64,000 bases of DNA. Origin: the human T2T-CHM13v2.0 reference genome, Homo sapiens. Shown in pieces: positions 41,168 through 55,100 of this stretch. The number at the start of each line of letters is the position of its first letter. Position 1 is the first letter of the stretch. Position numbers and translations under genes: made by a program. The notes under the pieces were generated by a model, which saw only the letters and a list, made by a program, of their open reading frames with translations, had not been told where the DNA came from and made no database searches. The stretch lies in the NCBI RefSeq assembly GCF_009914755.1, contig NC_060932.1; one strand, given 5' to 3'.

Positions 41168-43427
41168 CATTGCTGACATTCAAAATACAGTAGACTTTGA
41201 CCTTATTCCATCATGCTGCTTTAAAGTGCTGTGATTTTTGAATTTTATTAAGAGGACACTCCCCAGTTTTCCACAGTCTCCACCTCTCCATACTGCTTAC
41301 ATCTTAATATTTCACATATTTAAGGCTAGATCTTGAGTGTCTAAGATCTGTTCTAGAATGTAATTTTATACTTATTCCCTTCTCTCTTAATTAATTTCAT
41401 ATTTTAGCAGCTTTGGGTATCAATTGTTAAAATTACTTACAGATAAAATCCTTCCATTTCCACCTTTATCCTTTTCAAGCAGTGAAAAACTAAAGAAATT
41501 TCTACTGTCTTTAGCAGAATAAACCAAAACCCATGAGCATAAATCCTTTTGACATTATTTTTTGAAAGTTTTGAAGTAAAGAAGCAGGCAAATGATGACT
41601 ACTGCCTTTTTCTTTAAAGTATTTTTAAACATGAATTTTACGTGATTGGATTTGATTATGGTAGTAGCTTTGGGGAATTAAATCCATCTCAAGAATTTTT
41701 TTGCAGGTGTACTCTCCTTAATCTTTGCCATATTATCAATTAGTATTTAAATACCACCTGGCTCAAATACATCAGTTTTATGTCAATCTATTTGGGAGAT
41801 GATCTTCCTAAATTCTTGGCCACTGAAATCATGCTAATAAAGAACTGCATAGATTTGTTCTGTTCTTGTATTTTTAAAAGTTTTTTCTGTTAGTTATTTT
41901 TATTTAGGAAACATTTTCTATAGCAATGAACCATAGAATAATCAGGTGATGTGTGTTTTTCATGGAAAACAAAAATGCTTCCAGATGATGTTAAATATGT
42001 AGAAAAGGATGTGTTAGCCAGCCTACACAGACTGTTCTTAAACAGTCAGTTCTGGTTTCTGCAAGGCAGTGTTGCTGTCTGTCAAAGTTTAAGGGGGATA
42101 GACTTACAGAGTATGAAGTGTACTAGTATTGGGAACAGCTGGGACCAACTAGATGCTGTTAACATAACAAATAAAGTAGACCTATGTGAGAAGAAGCCTG
42201 CTGTAAGAATAGGGTAACCAGTTCATAAATCAACTTGTGGGAGAATCAGGTGTATACTATAGTTCTCAGAGGCTCATGTTATAGAGGGTTTTTATTTACT
42301 TTGTAGAGGTTTCTACAGTCTTGAGCCTCTTATTGGATACCTGGAACAATCTCTCTTCGACAATGTTACTGGCTACAATGTACAAAAATAACTTTTCATG
42401 GAAAGAAAATAAAACCCACATTATCAGGTATTGCAGAAATAGGCAAATCAAATGGTATGAAATGTTGTAAGTGTACGTTAAATCCCATGCCTTTAGGTTA
42501 GCTGGCCTGTCTCCATTCCTTAAAGACTACACCCAGTTTATTAAGAGTGGGGTCCTCAACGATGCATGCCCTTTTCAGCATTGTCTCTGTTTTAATGGTT
42601 TCTCTCCTTGCAGTTTACTCTGATTCCTGACATGTTTTGGCTTTCTCAACTCCTCTTTCTTGTTTAAACCTTCACTCCTCGGACTTAATCCTGGGAATTT
42701 CTCTGGCTCCCACCTGTAGCTTCTTTTCTTAAAACTTACTCTGCTTTTTATTATTATTATCATTCCAAGCACCGAGGAAGTCGTTTAGCCCAGTGCTGCC
42801 CATAGGACTGATGTTCCAAACTAAGGCTCCCATAATCATATTCCTCCTGGGTTAGCTTTGGCCTTAAAAAAAGAATTAAGATTTTTCCATTTCTGTATTA
42901 CTTTCAGGCCTTGGATTACACAGGTGCTTACCGTACTTCTCTAAGCCCAAGTTTGTAGAGCCATCTATAGACAATTCCTTTGCACTGCTCCTGCTGGTGA
43001 AAATCATCTTGAGTCAGGTTGCTTCAATTAGCCTTCCATAGGTTGTTTCTCTATCTATATATCACTTTGGTCTCTTGACCTGGGTCACTCTATGAGCACT
43101 TTGCATTGTCTTTTTGGTGTCCACTGCTGTCTTCAGCTATCTGCATGCCTCATGTATTATTCTATAGAAATAAATTAGTAACTACATCTTTAACAGACAG
43201 CGATTTGAATATTCAGTAAATCTCTTTGCTTTTAGCCACAAAGAGAGGGAGAGTGTTCTCTTGAACAGCTACCCTGCCATTCTGCACCTCCACTTCCTTT
43301 ATATTAGCCAACCACTTTCAGAAGTGGATTTTTTGCATTCTCAAATAAATATTTCCTACCTTTCCAACGTCAATGGTCATTTTCTCAGGTGACCATCATT
43401 AACAGCTTGTTTTCCTAGGTACTAATA

Positions 43428-43731
43428 CAATAGCCTCCCCTATCCATGGGGGGATATGCTCCAAGACCCTTAGTGGATGCTCGAGACTACGGATGGTACC
43501 AAACCCATATATACTATGTTTTTTTAGTATACATAATTCCTATGATAAAACTTAATTTATAAATTAGGCATAATTTGATATGAATAACAATAACTAATAG
43601 TAAAATATAACAATTTTAACAATGTACTGTAATAAAAGTTATGTGAATGTGCCCTGTCTCTTTCAAAATATCTTAGTACTGCAGGTAACTGAAATTGTAG
43701 AAAGTGAAACCACAGACAGAGGGAACTACCG
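43428..43731 (-). mobile_element. MER44A-like (TcMar-Tigger) MITE
   Basis: Degenerate TIRs CAATAGCCTCCCCTATCC / AGACAGAGGGAACTACCG with TA on both sides. Confidence 0.8.
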
Positions 43732-44063
43732 TAGAGTTAATGATTCTTTGATCCAAACTTGTGTACACTTTCATTCACTCTAGAACAGAAATTGAAGAAG
43801 AAAGGAAGATGAAAAAAGAAATATCCAGTTCATATAGGGAAAGTTGGATAGACAGCAACAGTAAGACCAAGGACTCCTGCCCTGTCCTTGGTGAAGTAGC
43901 AATCAAAATGTAGTCTTATGGTCCAATAAACTTCTCTGTCAAGAGTTTGTTTTGAAAAGATAAGTGATCAAAATTCTGTTCTAACTCACTAGGATGGAAA
44001 GAAAAAAGGGTGGAATTATCTTGAGTTCATAAGAATTCCCTCTTTAAAAGAGTTTGAACTATA

Positions 44064-44262
44064 GCAAGGATTGAACTTTTTCTTTGAAGAGGCCAGGTAG
44101 TGAGTAGTTTAGGCTTTGCAGCTGTATAGTTTGGTCCTAACTTCTCACTTTTGTCCTTGAAGCACTAAAGCATCTGTAGACAACATGTAAATAAATGAGG
44201 GTGGCTGTGTTCCAATAAGATTTTATTTACAAAATAAGCAATGGGTTGTATTTGACCCATGG
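44064..44262 (+). mobile_element. MER58A (hAT-Charlie)
   Basis: GGCCAGGTAGTGAGTAGTTTAGGCTTTGCAG...GTGGCTGTGTTCCAATAAGATTTTATTTACAAAA. Confidence 0.8.
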
Positions 44263-45069
44263 AAGGATCTGAGAAAATGTACTTTCTAACTTGTTCCTGT
44301 TTCTTTTAGCTTAATCTCTATCTTAAGTAAAATTTGGACATAAGCAACCAATTAAGTTGACTTGATTGACTTAATCATTTACTCACATATGTCATGACTC
44401 CTTTATGACCTCCATTACATGAAGGCTGAAACTAGATGAAAGAGGTGAAGTATCTGGACCGAGGTCTTTCTAAATTCAGTGCTCAGAACTTTTCCAGTTA
44501 AATCACGATTTCTTTTCTACCTTATAGATACTTCTATAATTTGCAATTAATTCTTGCAGGTTAAGAAAGCACTTTGTACTCCTCATTTCCAAGGCATTGG
44601 ATGAATATGTCCATACAAAAGCATACTCATACCTATTAAGAAATTATTCTATGAATAATACATATAGGAATGCTTGTTGAATATATTTTGAGGTTTTGCT
44701 TTCTGTTTTAGTATAAAATTGTTAAGAATCCAATTTATTTTGCACACAATTTAAGAGGGGAAATTAAATGTATATAATTTTAATAAATTTAATTTTCTCT
44801 ATAATTTCCTCTGACAACTCATCAGCAACTTTGTTTTCCAAATACGTTGATCTTACTTTTAATATTAGAGTACACAGTTTAAGGCATATATGAGGTAAGG
44901 ATGGTATAGTTTTCCAAAATGTTACATTTTATGGAATCTTAACACTGTAGACTGACTGAGCCAAACATTCCATACTGAGTTTAAATCTTCTATTTACTTA
45001 TGGAAGAAAAGGGATAGTAGGCTAGGATTGCTATCAGATTTTTGTCTTCTCATCACATTATTCCAACTT

Positions 45070-45570
45070 CTTTCTTCTAGCCAAAGTGTTCCTTTTCTTT
45101 TAAGAATTTTTCTCCACATTGTGATGTGGCCTGTGTGAGACTGTCACTTATCCCTTTTAGGCTCCAGCACAGGGATGTCTTGTCCTTTAGCATGGATTAA
45201 TCATAGCACCCCATCCTGACACAATGATTATCCCAAAGGATAGGCATGGATTCTTTTGTATGTTATTAAGTGACTTCTAGGGGGGAAAATCTTTCTGCTG
45301 ATATTGCTGCACTGGAGGCTATGGAATTGCATGCTGGTTACCATTTTCAATGATATTTGAATAAAGCCACGCAGAGACAGAGATCGGATATAATTGAATG
45401 AGAGTGAGACAGTTCTGATGAACTGGGTCTCCTGAAACCATGTCCTGATCCCTGAAGCTCTTTGATTCTCTGTGTGCTATTTTGGTATTTTTCCAAGTCA
45501 TACATGTATCCCCTTGTTAAATTGAAACTTGTTTTAATTAGATTTTTAGAACTCAAAATTGAACATCTTG
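45070..45570 (+). mobile_element. Old MLT1 (J/K/L-like) LTR
   Basis: Degenerate MaLR motifs; boundaries approximate. Confidence 0.45.
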
Positions 45571-46253
45571 CCCATCATGAGATGAGATGATTTTTTAGAG
45601 GTATGTTGGTAGGAGTGGGTAAGTTTCTCCCTTAGTAAAGACTCTAAGATTCTAGGGCAGGAGCTTTAAATCTTTTCTCTGTTGAAATACAAACGACAGC
45701 TGATGTGTTTTGGTGAGACATATTCCTATGCATATGTTCCAAGTGAATAGTACTTGTTATTCCATTTATTTTTCTCCTATCTTGAAATTCTATTAAAACG
45801 CTGGTGTTCTGGTTATCTACAGTTGCAGAGAAAACCACCTCAAAACTAAGTGTCACAAAATAACAAATATCTTATTAGTGCACATCATGATGTCATGTCC
45901 ATCTCTGGGACCTCGACTGTAAGGACACAAATGGCTATTTGTGTAAATGACTGTAAGAGTGACTTGCATGGCTGGAGCCTGGAATAATTTGGCAGCTTCT
46001 GCACTCATGTCTTGCTTGGTAGGTATGGCGGAGTGAATGGACTCTACTGAGACTGTTGACTAGAATGCATACAGCTGGTTACTCCATCATGGTAGTTTCA
46101 AGGTAATCTGACTTCTTACACAGCAGTCAAGGCTTGCAGAGAAACTGTTCCAGTGAGCTAGGAGGAAGCTGCATGACCTTTTAAGATCTAGGTTTGGAAG
46201 TCATGCAAAAACTTTTCTGCCACATTCCATTAAAAGCCCACTCAGAAAGCAAG

Positions 46254-46449
46254 CAGGGACTTTGGGGACTCAGGGGGAATGCGTGGAAAGAGGGTGAAGG
46301 ATAAAAGACTACAAATTGGGTCCAGTGTATACTACTTGGGTGATGGGTGCACCAAAATTTCACAAATCACTGCTAAAGAACCTATTCAAGTAACCAAACA
46401 CCACCTGTTCCCCAAAAACCTATGGAAATAAAAATTTGAAAAAAAAGAA
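46254..46449 (+). mobile_element. L1PB 3' terminus (heavily 5'-truncated)
   Basis: GGACTTTGGGGACTCAGGGG...GGGTGATGGGTGCACCAAAAT...CCCCAAAAACCTATGGAAATAAAAA plus an A-rich tail. Confidence 0.88.
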
Positions 46450-47085
46450 GACAAGAGATTGTTTGTGAAGATGTGAAAAAAAAAGGGAAACCTGTACACT
46501 TTTGATGGGAATGTAAATTAGTATAGGCATTATAGAAAACAGTATGGAAGTTCCTTGAAAAATTAGAAATAGAACTACCATGTGATCCAGAAATCTCACA
46601 ACTGGGAATATATCCAAAGGAAGTAAAATCAGTATATCACAGAGCTGTCTGACTCCCATGTTCATTGCAGCATTATTTTTAATGCCCAAGAAAAAGAATC
46701 AGCCTAGATGACCATCAACAGATGAATGGATGGAGAAAATGTGTTGTATGTCCACAATGGAATACCATTTAGCCTTTTAGAAGAAGCAAATCCTGTCATT
46801 TGTGAAAACATGGATGAAGCTGGAAGATACTACGTTAAGTGAAATAAGCCAAGCAAGGAAAGACAAATGCTGCATGATCTCACACATAGGGAGTGTTAAA
46901 ACATCAAACCCATAGAAACAAAGAGTGAAGTGGTGGTTACTGGAGGCCAGGAGGTTGGGGAGATATTGGTCAAAGGACACAAAATTTCACTTAGGAGGAA
47001 TAAGTTGAGATCTATCGTGTATCATGGTGATTACAGTTAATAATATATATTTGAAAATTGCTAAAGGAGTAGATTTTAATTGTTC
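46450..47085 (+). mobile_element. L1MA fragment, probably carried as 3'-transduced cargo
   Basis: GGGAATGTAAATTAGTATAG...GGTCAAAGGACACAAAATTTCA...TTGAAAATTGCTAAAGGAGTAGATTTTAA; lacks its own terminal tail. Confidence 0.8.
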
Positions 47086-48187
47086 CTTTACTTGTCACTC
47101 AAGTCACATCACAATTGAATAAATTGCAGCAACTTTACATTAGAAAAAAAAGAAAGCAAGGAGGCATGGCATATTCTTAACTTCTCAACAGGAGGAGATC
47201 AAAGATTTGAAGGTGTTTTAAAACTTCCCCAGCTAGTGAATATAAAAGGCACTTTATAGGAATGAATGTGAAGTCATTCTAAAAATACATGTGTATTTAA
47301 TCAAAGGTAGCGTTAGTAATGAGATAAGCACATATTATATATTTGTAACATATTGTAATATTTGGATTACAGAATTCCTGCACTGGGAGTGTGATTTAGG
47401 GTACTGTCTATGCAGGTAGGGTATGAGTGGGAGAAACAGACTAAAGTAGGAAGAATCAAGAGGGGTTAGTTGAATGAGAGGTTGGTGAATGTTAAAGTCA
47501 AGATTGGCAGGCATCCTAATTATTTTTCGGACTTGTTTCTGGTAATAGGACTCTGCTTCCTTCATCCTTGATTCATTTAGTCACAGCTGGAACAAATGAT
47601 GACAGGTCCACGGGCAGAAAGCCCTGGCATGTGCCCCAACCAGCTAGAGATGGTCTGGGATTCTCCAGGCAAGGTCAGGCAAGATGCCGTGAAAAATAAA
47701 TGACAGAAGTGGTAGAAAGCTTTATTTACTCTAACCATCCTTCTATAAACCTGTCATAGGTTGCTTGATTCACTCCTGTATACTGAATAACTCACTACTT
47801 TCTGTAAACTCTTTGGGGAAAAGAGCTTTTGTGTCATATCCATGCTACAGCCAGTTTCTCCACTGTCACCTTCTTGCTACTTATCACTATCCACTCATCT
47901 CAGGCCTTTACAGGCATTGTGAAAAGCACTGTTTTGTTTGTTTGTTTGTTTCAGGTGCAACTTTACCAATGTACTGCCCTTCCACAAAAAGAAATGTAGG
48001 AGTAGTTGCATCGCCGTCATTTAAACTGGTTAAGAATGAAGACTCAGATTCAAATCCCAGACCCAACTTTTACTAGCTACCTAACTATGGCCAAGTTATG
48101 TACTCTCTTCGCATCTCAGCTTCCACATTTAAAAAATGTATATTTTTAAATTACTTATCTACTATGTTTTCTGTGAGAGTTAAGGAG

Positions 48188-48198
48188 GATAGATAGAT

Positions 48199-48244
<46 letters not shown>

Positions 48245-48246
48245 CA
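48188..48246. repeat. Compound GATA STR, [GATA]2 GAT [GATA]11 GACA, inside a MIR
   Basis: Read directly from the sequence. Confidence 0.95.
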
Positions 48247-48357
48247 GTGCTCAGCACAATATAAGTACTCAGTAAGTATTAGTAGTGCTTGACCTGTTTC
48301 ATGTGTGGGCAGGGCTTGAGAGCATGTCTGATACAAAGTTCTTATGTGTATCAGACT

Positions 48358-48685
48358 CTCTTTTTCTTTTCTTTCTTTCTTTCTTTCTTCTTTTTTTTTT
48401 TTTTTTTTTTTTTTTTGAGACAGGGTCCCCCACTGTACCCCAGGCTGGAATGCAGTGGCATGATCGTGGCTCACTGCAGCCTTGAGCCCCTGGGCTCAAG
48501 TGATCCCTGCCTCAGCTTCCTGAGTAGCTGGGACTACAGGTGTGCACCACGTCTGGCCAATTTTTTTCATTTTAGTAGAGATGAGGTCTCACTATGTTTC
48601 CTAGGCTGGTCTTGAGCTCCTGAGCTCAAGCAATCCTCCCATCTCAGCCGCCCAAAATGCTGGGATTACATGAACCACTAATCCC
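48358..48685 (-). mobile_element. AluJ with a (TTTC)n / poly-T tail
   Basis: GCTCACTGCAGCCTTGAGCCCCTGGGCTCAAG J-type diagnostics. Confidence 0.88.
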
Positions 48686-48740
48686 TGTGTAATACGTCAC
48701 AAGATGTATCCAATTTCTTGTGAATTTGAGGATAGCATAA

Positions 48741-49372
<632 letters not shown>

Positions 49373-50125
49373 TAGACATCCATAACCCGAAGACCCACTG
49401 ATGCATTTTCCCAAACCAAACAGGCGGTTTCTACTTGTAGTGAATGCTGTCACTACCCTTGATCATAGAAATGGTGGAAGTTTTACACTACATTTCTTTG
49501 CTCTTTTATCTCTCTAGAAATTGGAAAATATTTAAAAAGGAACAAACAAAAATATTTTTATTATTAAAATTATACTTCCAAAACTGTGAGGGAAAAATAA
49601 TATGTTTCTGACCTTGAAAGATTATTAGAAGCTTTGCAGTTTGAGAGTCCAAATTTGAATGCTGGCGCACTTATATGTGAGGAATGTGATTTGGAACAAA
49701 TACTTTTCTTTTGTGCCGCGGTTTGAACTTCTGGGGATATAATTCTGACTTCACTGGGCTTTTTGATAATTAAGCAATATCATATAGATAAGTAACTGGC
49801 ATGTAATGGATGCTCATATTAGTCTTTCTTTCCCACTGAAAGGCAGAATTAGTTTTTGCTTTTTGCTCCTTAAATCTACTTGTTAGTGGGATCATACTTG
49901 AGTGTGTCTCAAATTTAAATTACATTTACTATTGATATGATTGTGCTCAGTTGATGCAATGATTGCTCGTTTTAACAAGAACATATTAAAAAGAGCAATA
50001 CATCAGGGGAACAGACCAAGAATCATCCAAATAAGACGTCTGAATATTTGACATAGAATTTTAAGATTAAAGCAATAAGGACATTCAAGTGTATTTTTAT
50101 ACTCTTAAAAACTCTTTATCAATAG

Positions 50126-50290
<165 letters not shown>

Positions 50291-51642
50291 TGATCTCAGT
50301 AAAATTTACAGGAAACGTTCCATTTTGTAAGTAATGATCACTGACTAGAGTATTCAGTAGAAATTCCATTTGCACACCTTTAATTTACTTCTCTCAGTAT
50401 CCAAAAGTTTTCTTTAATTCTAGGAGGGTGGAATTTAGTAAAGGTCTTGGAGATTCTAAATGGTTATTGAATAAAGTAATTTAATTTGTTTAGATACGTT
50501 CACAGAGCCCCTTCAATATTAGAGCACAGTGAATAAGAGCAGAATGAAGCTCTCAGAAAAATAAGAATTGCATTGGAATCCCACCTCCACCACTCACTGT
50601 CTGTGTAACACTGAGCCTCAAACTTTAGTTTCTATGTCTAGCAACCGGAGACTGCAGTAGTGCCTACTTATAGTTAGAATCGTGAGATCATGCACTAAGC
50701 ACAGAGCTTAGGGTCAGTAAGTGGGCTCCTTCTTTTTCTCCCTTTTTCTTCTTCTTCCATCGACTGTCTAAATCGCATCAAACTCATTATTTTGGTCATA
50801 TATAATAGATCCTTTATGTTTTTGATGATTTGATTTCAGATTCTCTTTCTTGACAGAGGTTGATCTGGCCTACGTATGGTATGCCAGGAAGGATCAATAG
50901 GGCTACAGAATTTTAGGCAAGGAGAAGATAACTTCTTGTGCTCTCTTATGGTCAATTTCTCTGTTAAAATGTGAAATTCTGCCATTCCTTTAAGGAAGGT
51001 GGTAATATCATGTTGCTTTGATTTTAATGAGATTTGTTCAGAAGGTAGAACCCTTTGAGGGCTCCTTCATGAAACACCAACCTCAGCTGTTTTACATTCT
51101 GCAGGTGTTATGTAAATGCCAAATATTAATGTTTTACTATCTAGTAAAAGAGATGAAATAAGATTTTTGTTGCTGCTTGTTTCATAGGCTGCAAATAAGA
51201 CTGGGTCATTGTCGTTTTGATTATTCAGCTGCAAGTTTCTTTGCCTTCAAAAAGTACAGTAAAAATAAATGCCGAGAATGCTTCTGTATTAAGAAGAACA
51301 ACTATATAGGTAACATTTAGAGAGTACTTAAGTATGGGAGGCTGTACTAAGCCCTCTTCATGTATTGTCTCTCCCAGTCTTCACAAAACTGTCTGAAATG
51401 AGCAAGAGTCTTAGCTTCACATGGCAGACAAAGAAGCTGATATTTTTAAACATTAAAGAACTTACTCAAGAATACAAAGCCAGTAAGTGGCTGAGTAGAG
51501 AAGTGAATCCAGGTTGATTTGAAACCAAAGTCTATACTGGTGAATGCAAGAGTCATAGGGAGTTATGGCACCTGTGAAGAACTGGAGAGGTTCTGCCCAT
51601 TCAAAGGGAGCAGGTGCTGCTTGGCTACAGTGATTATTGTCA

Positions 51643-52800
<1,158 letters not shown>

Positions 52801-53013
52801 ATGACAAAAATCTAGGTTGTCATGTACTCTGTTCTGATTTTTAAATGTTGACAACTTATACAATATGTTAAATCATACTAACAACTCAAAATATTTTAGA
52901 AATGATCGAGTCTAAGAGGCTGTCGGTTTGCTTTTCTGAACTTGAGTATAAGAAACTGAAGTCAACTGTGTCGAGAATGTGGAAGACACTGAATGACAAG
53001 CTAAAGACGGTTC

Positions 53014-53093
53014 TATTCGAGGTGCAAAAGTAATTGCGATTTTTGCCATTACTTTCAACGGCAAAAACCGCAATTACTTTTGCACCAACCTAA
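53014..53093. mobile_element. MADE1 MITE (miR-548-type hairpin)
   Basis: GGTGCAAAAGTAATTGCGATTTTTGCCATT-ACTTTC-AACGGCAAAAACCGCAATTACTTTTGCACCAACCTAA. Confidence 0.93.
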
Positions 53094-53749
53094 TTGTTAG
53101 ACAAAGAGGAGCAATTGAAGGCTTTTCAGCAGTGGTATGCAGACTGCTGTGCTGTAGAATGACCAGTTTGGTGGGAGTGCACAGATGGTTTGGGGATGAG
53201 AGAAAGAGCAGGCAAGATGGCCAGGTTGACAGCAGTTACATTCACTAAGATAGCTGACAGTCATTGAAACATAAATAGCTGATTTGTACAACTAACAGCT
53301 ACTTATCACTATTGTCAACTATTTAATCCTACTTTTCAGAGTATATCAGTAAAAGAAAAACTTATCTGAGTACAAGGGCATCCCACTTAGCAGTATCCTT
53401 CCTAAACTTTATCAAATGTTAGCTTGTAAATGAACATGGATGCCGTTGATCTACAACATCCTATGGTGCGTTCTCTGCCTCCTCATCTTCCTCTGGCCTG
53501 ATGTATCTCCACAGTTAGACGTTGCTCTCAAGCCATATCTTGGCACTGCTGCCTTAGACAGATTAAAAATTGCTAAAGGAGAGTTTCTTTTCCTCTACTT
53601 AGAACTCTGTATAAAAAACTAAAAGAAAGATGAAAAAGATTGCCCATGACAAAGTATCCCATTTAGGGAATGAGATGAGATTTTAAAGTTAAACCCAGAA
53701 AATCTAAGTGTTTCTTTAAAATGAAACATGCCAGATTAATTTATACAGT

Positions 53750-55100
53750 GAATACATATTTTATTGTGTGCCTATATTATGCCGGGAACTATGAGAAATT
53801 CAAATACGATTAAGACAAAACCCTGCCTCTCAAGGAGTGTATAGTTCAATTACGTGTTTTTTTTTATTGTTGAAGTTATGTATGAGAATAAAGAAATGCA
53901 ATACAAAGTAAGAAGTGATAAATTTTATAATGGAAACTAGATAAAATTCTACATCCCTCATTGAAAGGAGACATTAAATCTATTTAGCGGAATTCAAAAA
54001 AGCTTTAAATAAGAGATGTTGGAAATAGGCTTTGAAAGATGAATAGGATTTATACATTATGAGAAAATGAGAGTAACAGCAGTGTTCTCAATAGAGGAAG
54101 TAACATAGAAATGAGGTCAGCAGAGGGAATGTTTAGGAGATGTTCAGCTTGTCAGGAGCATAAGGTAAATACTAGTATTGGAAAATAAGATTGAAAAGAC
54201 AAGTTGGAGCTCTAAAACTCAGTCAGGTTTTCAATTTTGTAGGCATGGGGAAACCCTTGAATTATTCTGATTGGAAAGATGATATAACGGAAGCTGGACT
54301 TTGAGAATATTAACCTCACACCAATCCTAACATGGTGTCCCAAAGTGTGGTGTAAGCATCACTGGCAGCCAGCACAATGATGTCAGATGGTTCATGAAGG
54401 AATATTTGTTTAATAGTTCCATATCAATTTTCACGTGTTCAGTTCACAGTTATTAGGGTGTTTAGGTATACAAATTAGAATTGAGAAAGGATGAGATTTC
54501 AACAATTGGAATGTAAGGTTCCTGACAGTCAAACCCTTACTGAATCACTCCTATTTGTGTCTCTTTACCTGGAGAAACAGTATTTTTTTTCTTGCAGGGA
54601 AAAACTGTTTTCTCTCATGCCCATTCCTTATTGTTGCTTGACCTGCAATAAGAATCCCAGTATCTTCTACTTATCAGGTACTAAGCTAGATGCTGGGGTG
54701 AGAAATACCAGGGATGCATTTTGGAACTTTCAGCCTACTGGGGAAGACATGCATTTAACAAAGAAATGCAAAAGAAATGGAGAATTGCCACAGTGTCCAG
54801 CATACAAAGGAGTAGCACATAGTGATTTGAAATATAGGACTTGTCTTAGTCACAGAGACAGATAATTCTTCCCTGAGGTAGTAATTTTTGAACTGAAGTC
54901 TGGAATCTGAAGGTTGAGCAGAATTGTGGAAAGGGCGTGTTGTAGGGAAAGAATCCTGTGAAAGCTTTGATGCAGAAAAATCAGAATAATTAAAAACTAA
55001 AAGGTTATAGCTGGAGTGGAACAAGCAAGAGATTATGTTGGGAAGGCAGAAGAGATAGATTGGTAGAGCGTGCCCTCTCAGGTTTTAAAAACAGTACTCA
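53750..55100 (-). mobile_element. L2 fragments
   Basis: TTTATTGTGTGCCTATATTATGCC...CCCTGCCTCTCAAGGAG and CTTCCCTGAGGTAGTAATTTTTGAACTGA antisense L2 motifs. Confidence 0.6.

Larger units (their letters stand above)
45804..47230 (-). mobile_element. MLT1H/I-like LTR interrupted at 46253 by an L1 insertion; resumes at 47161
   Basis: GGAAGCTGCATGACCTTTTAAGATCTAGG...TTCTGCCACATTCCATT on the left; GGAGGAGATCAAAGATTTG on the right. Confidence 0.65.

Noticed and set aside
54491-54865. 124-aa ATG-initiated ORF
   Set aside because: Overlaps degraded L2 sequence and has no recognisable homology
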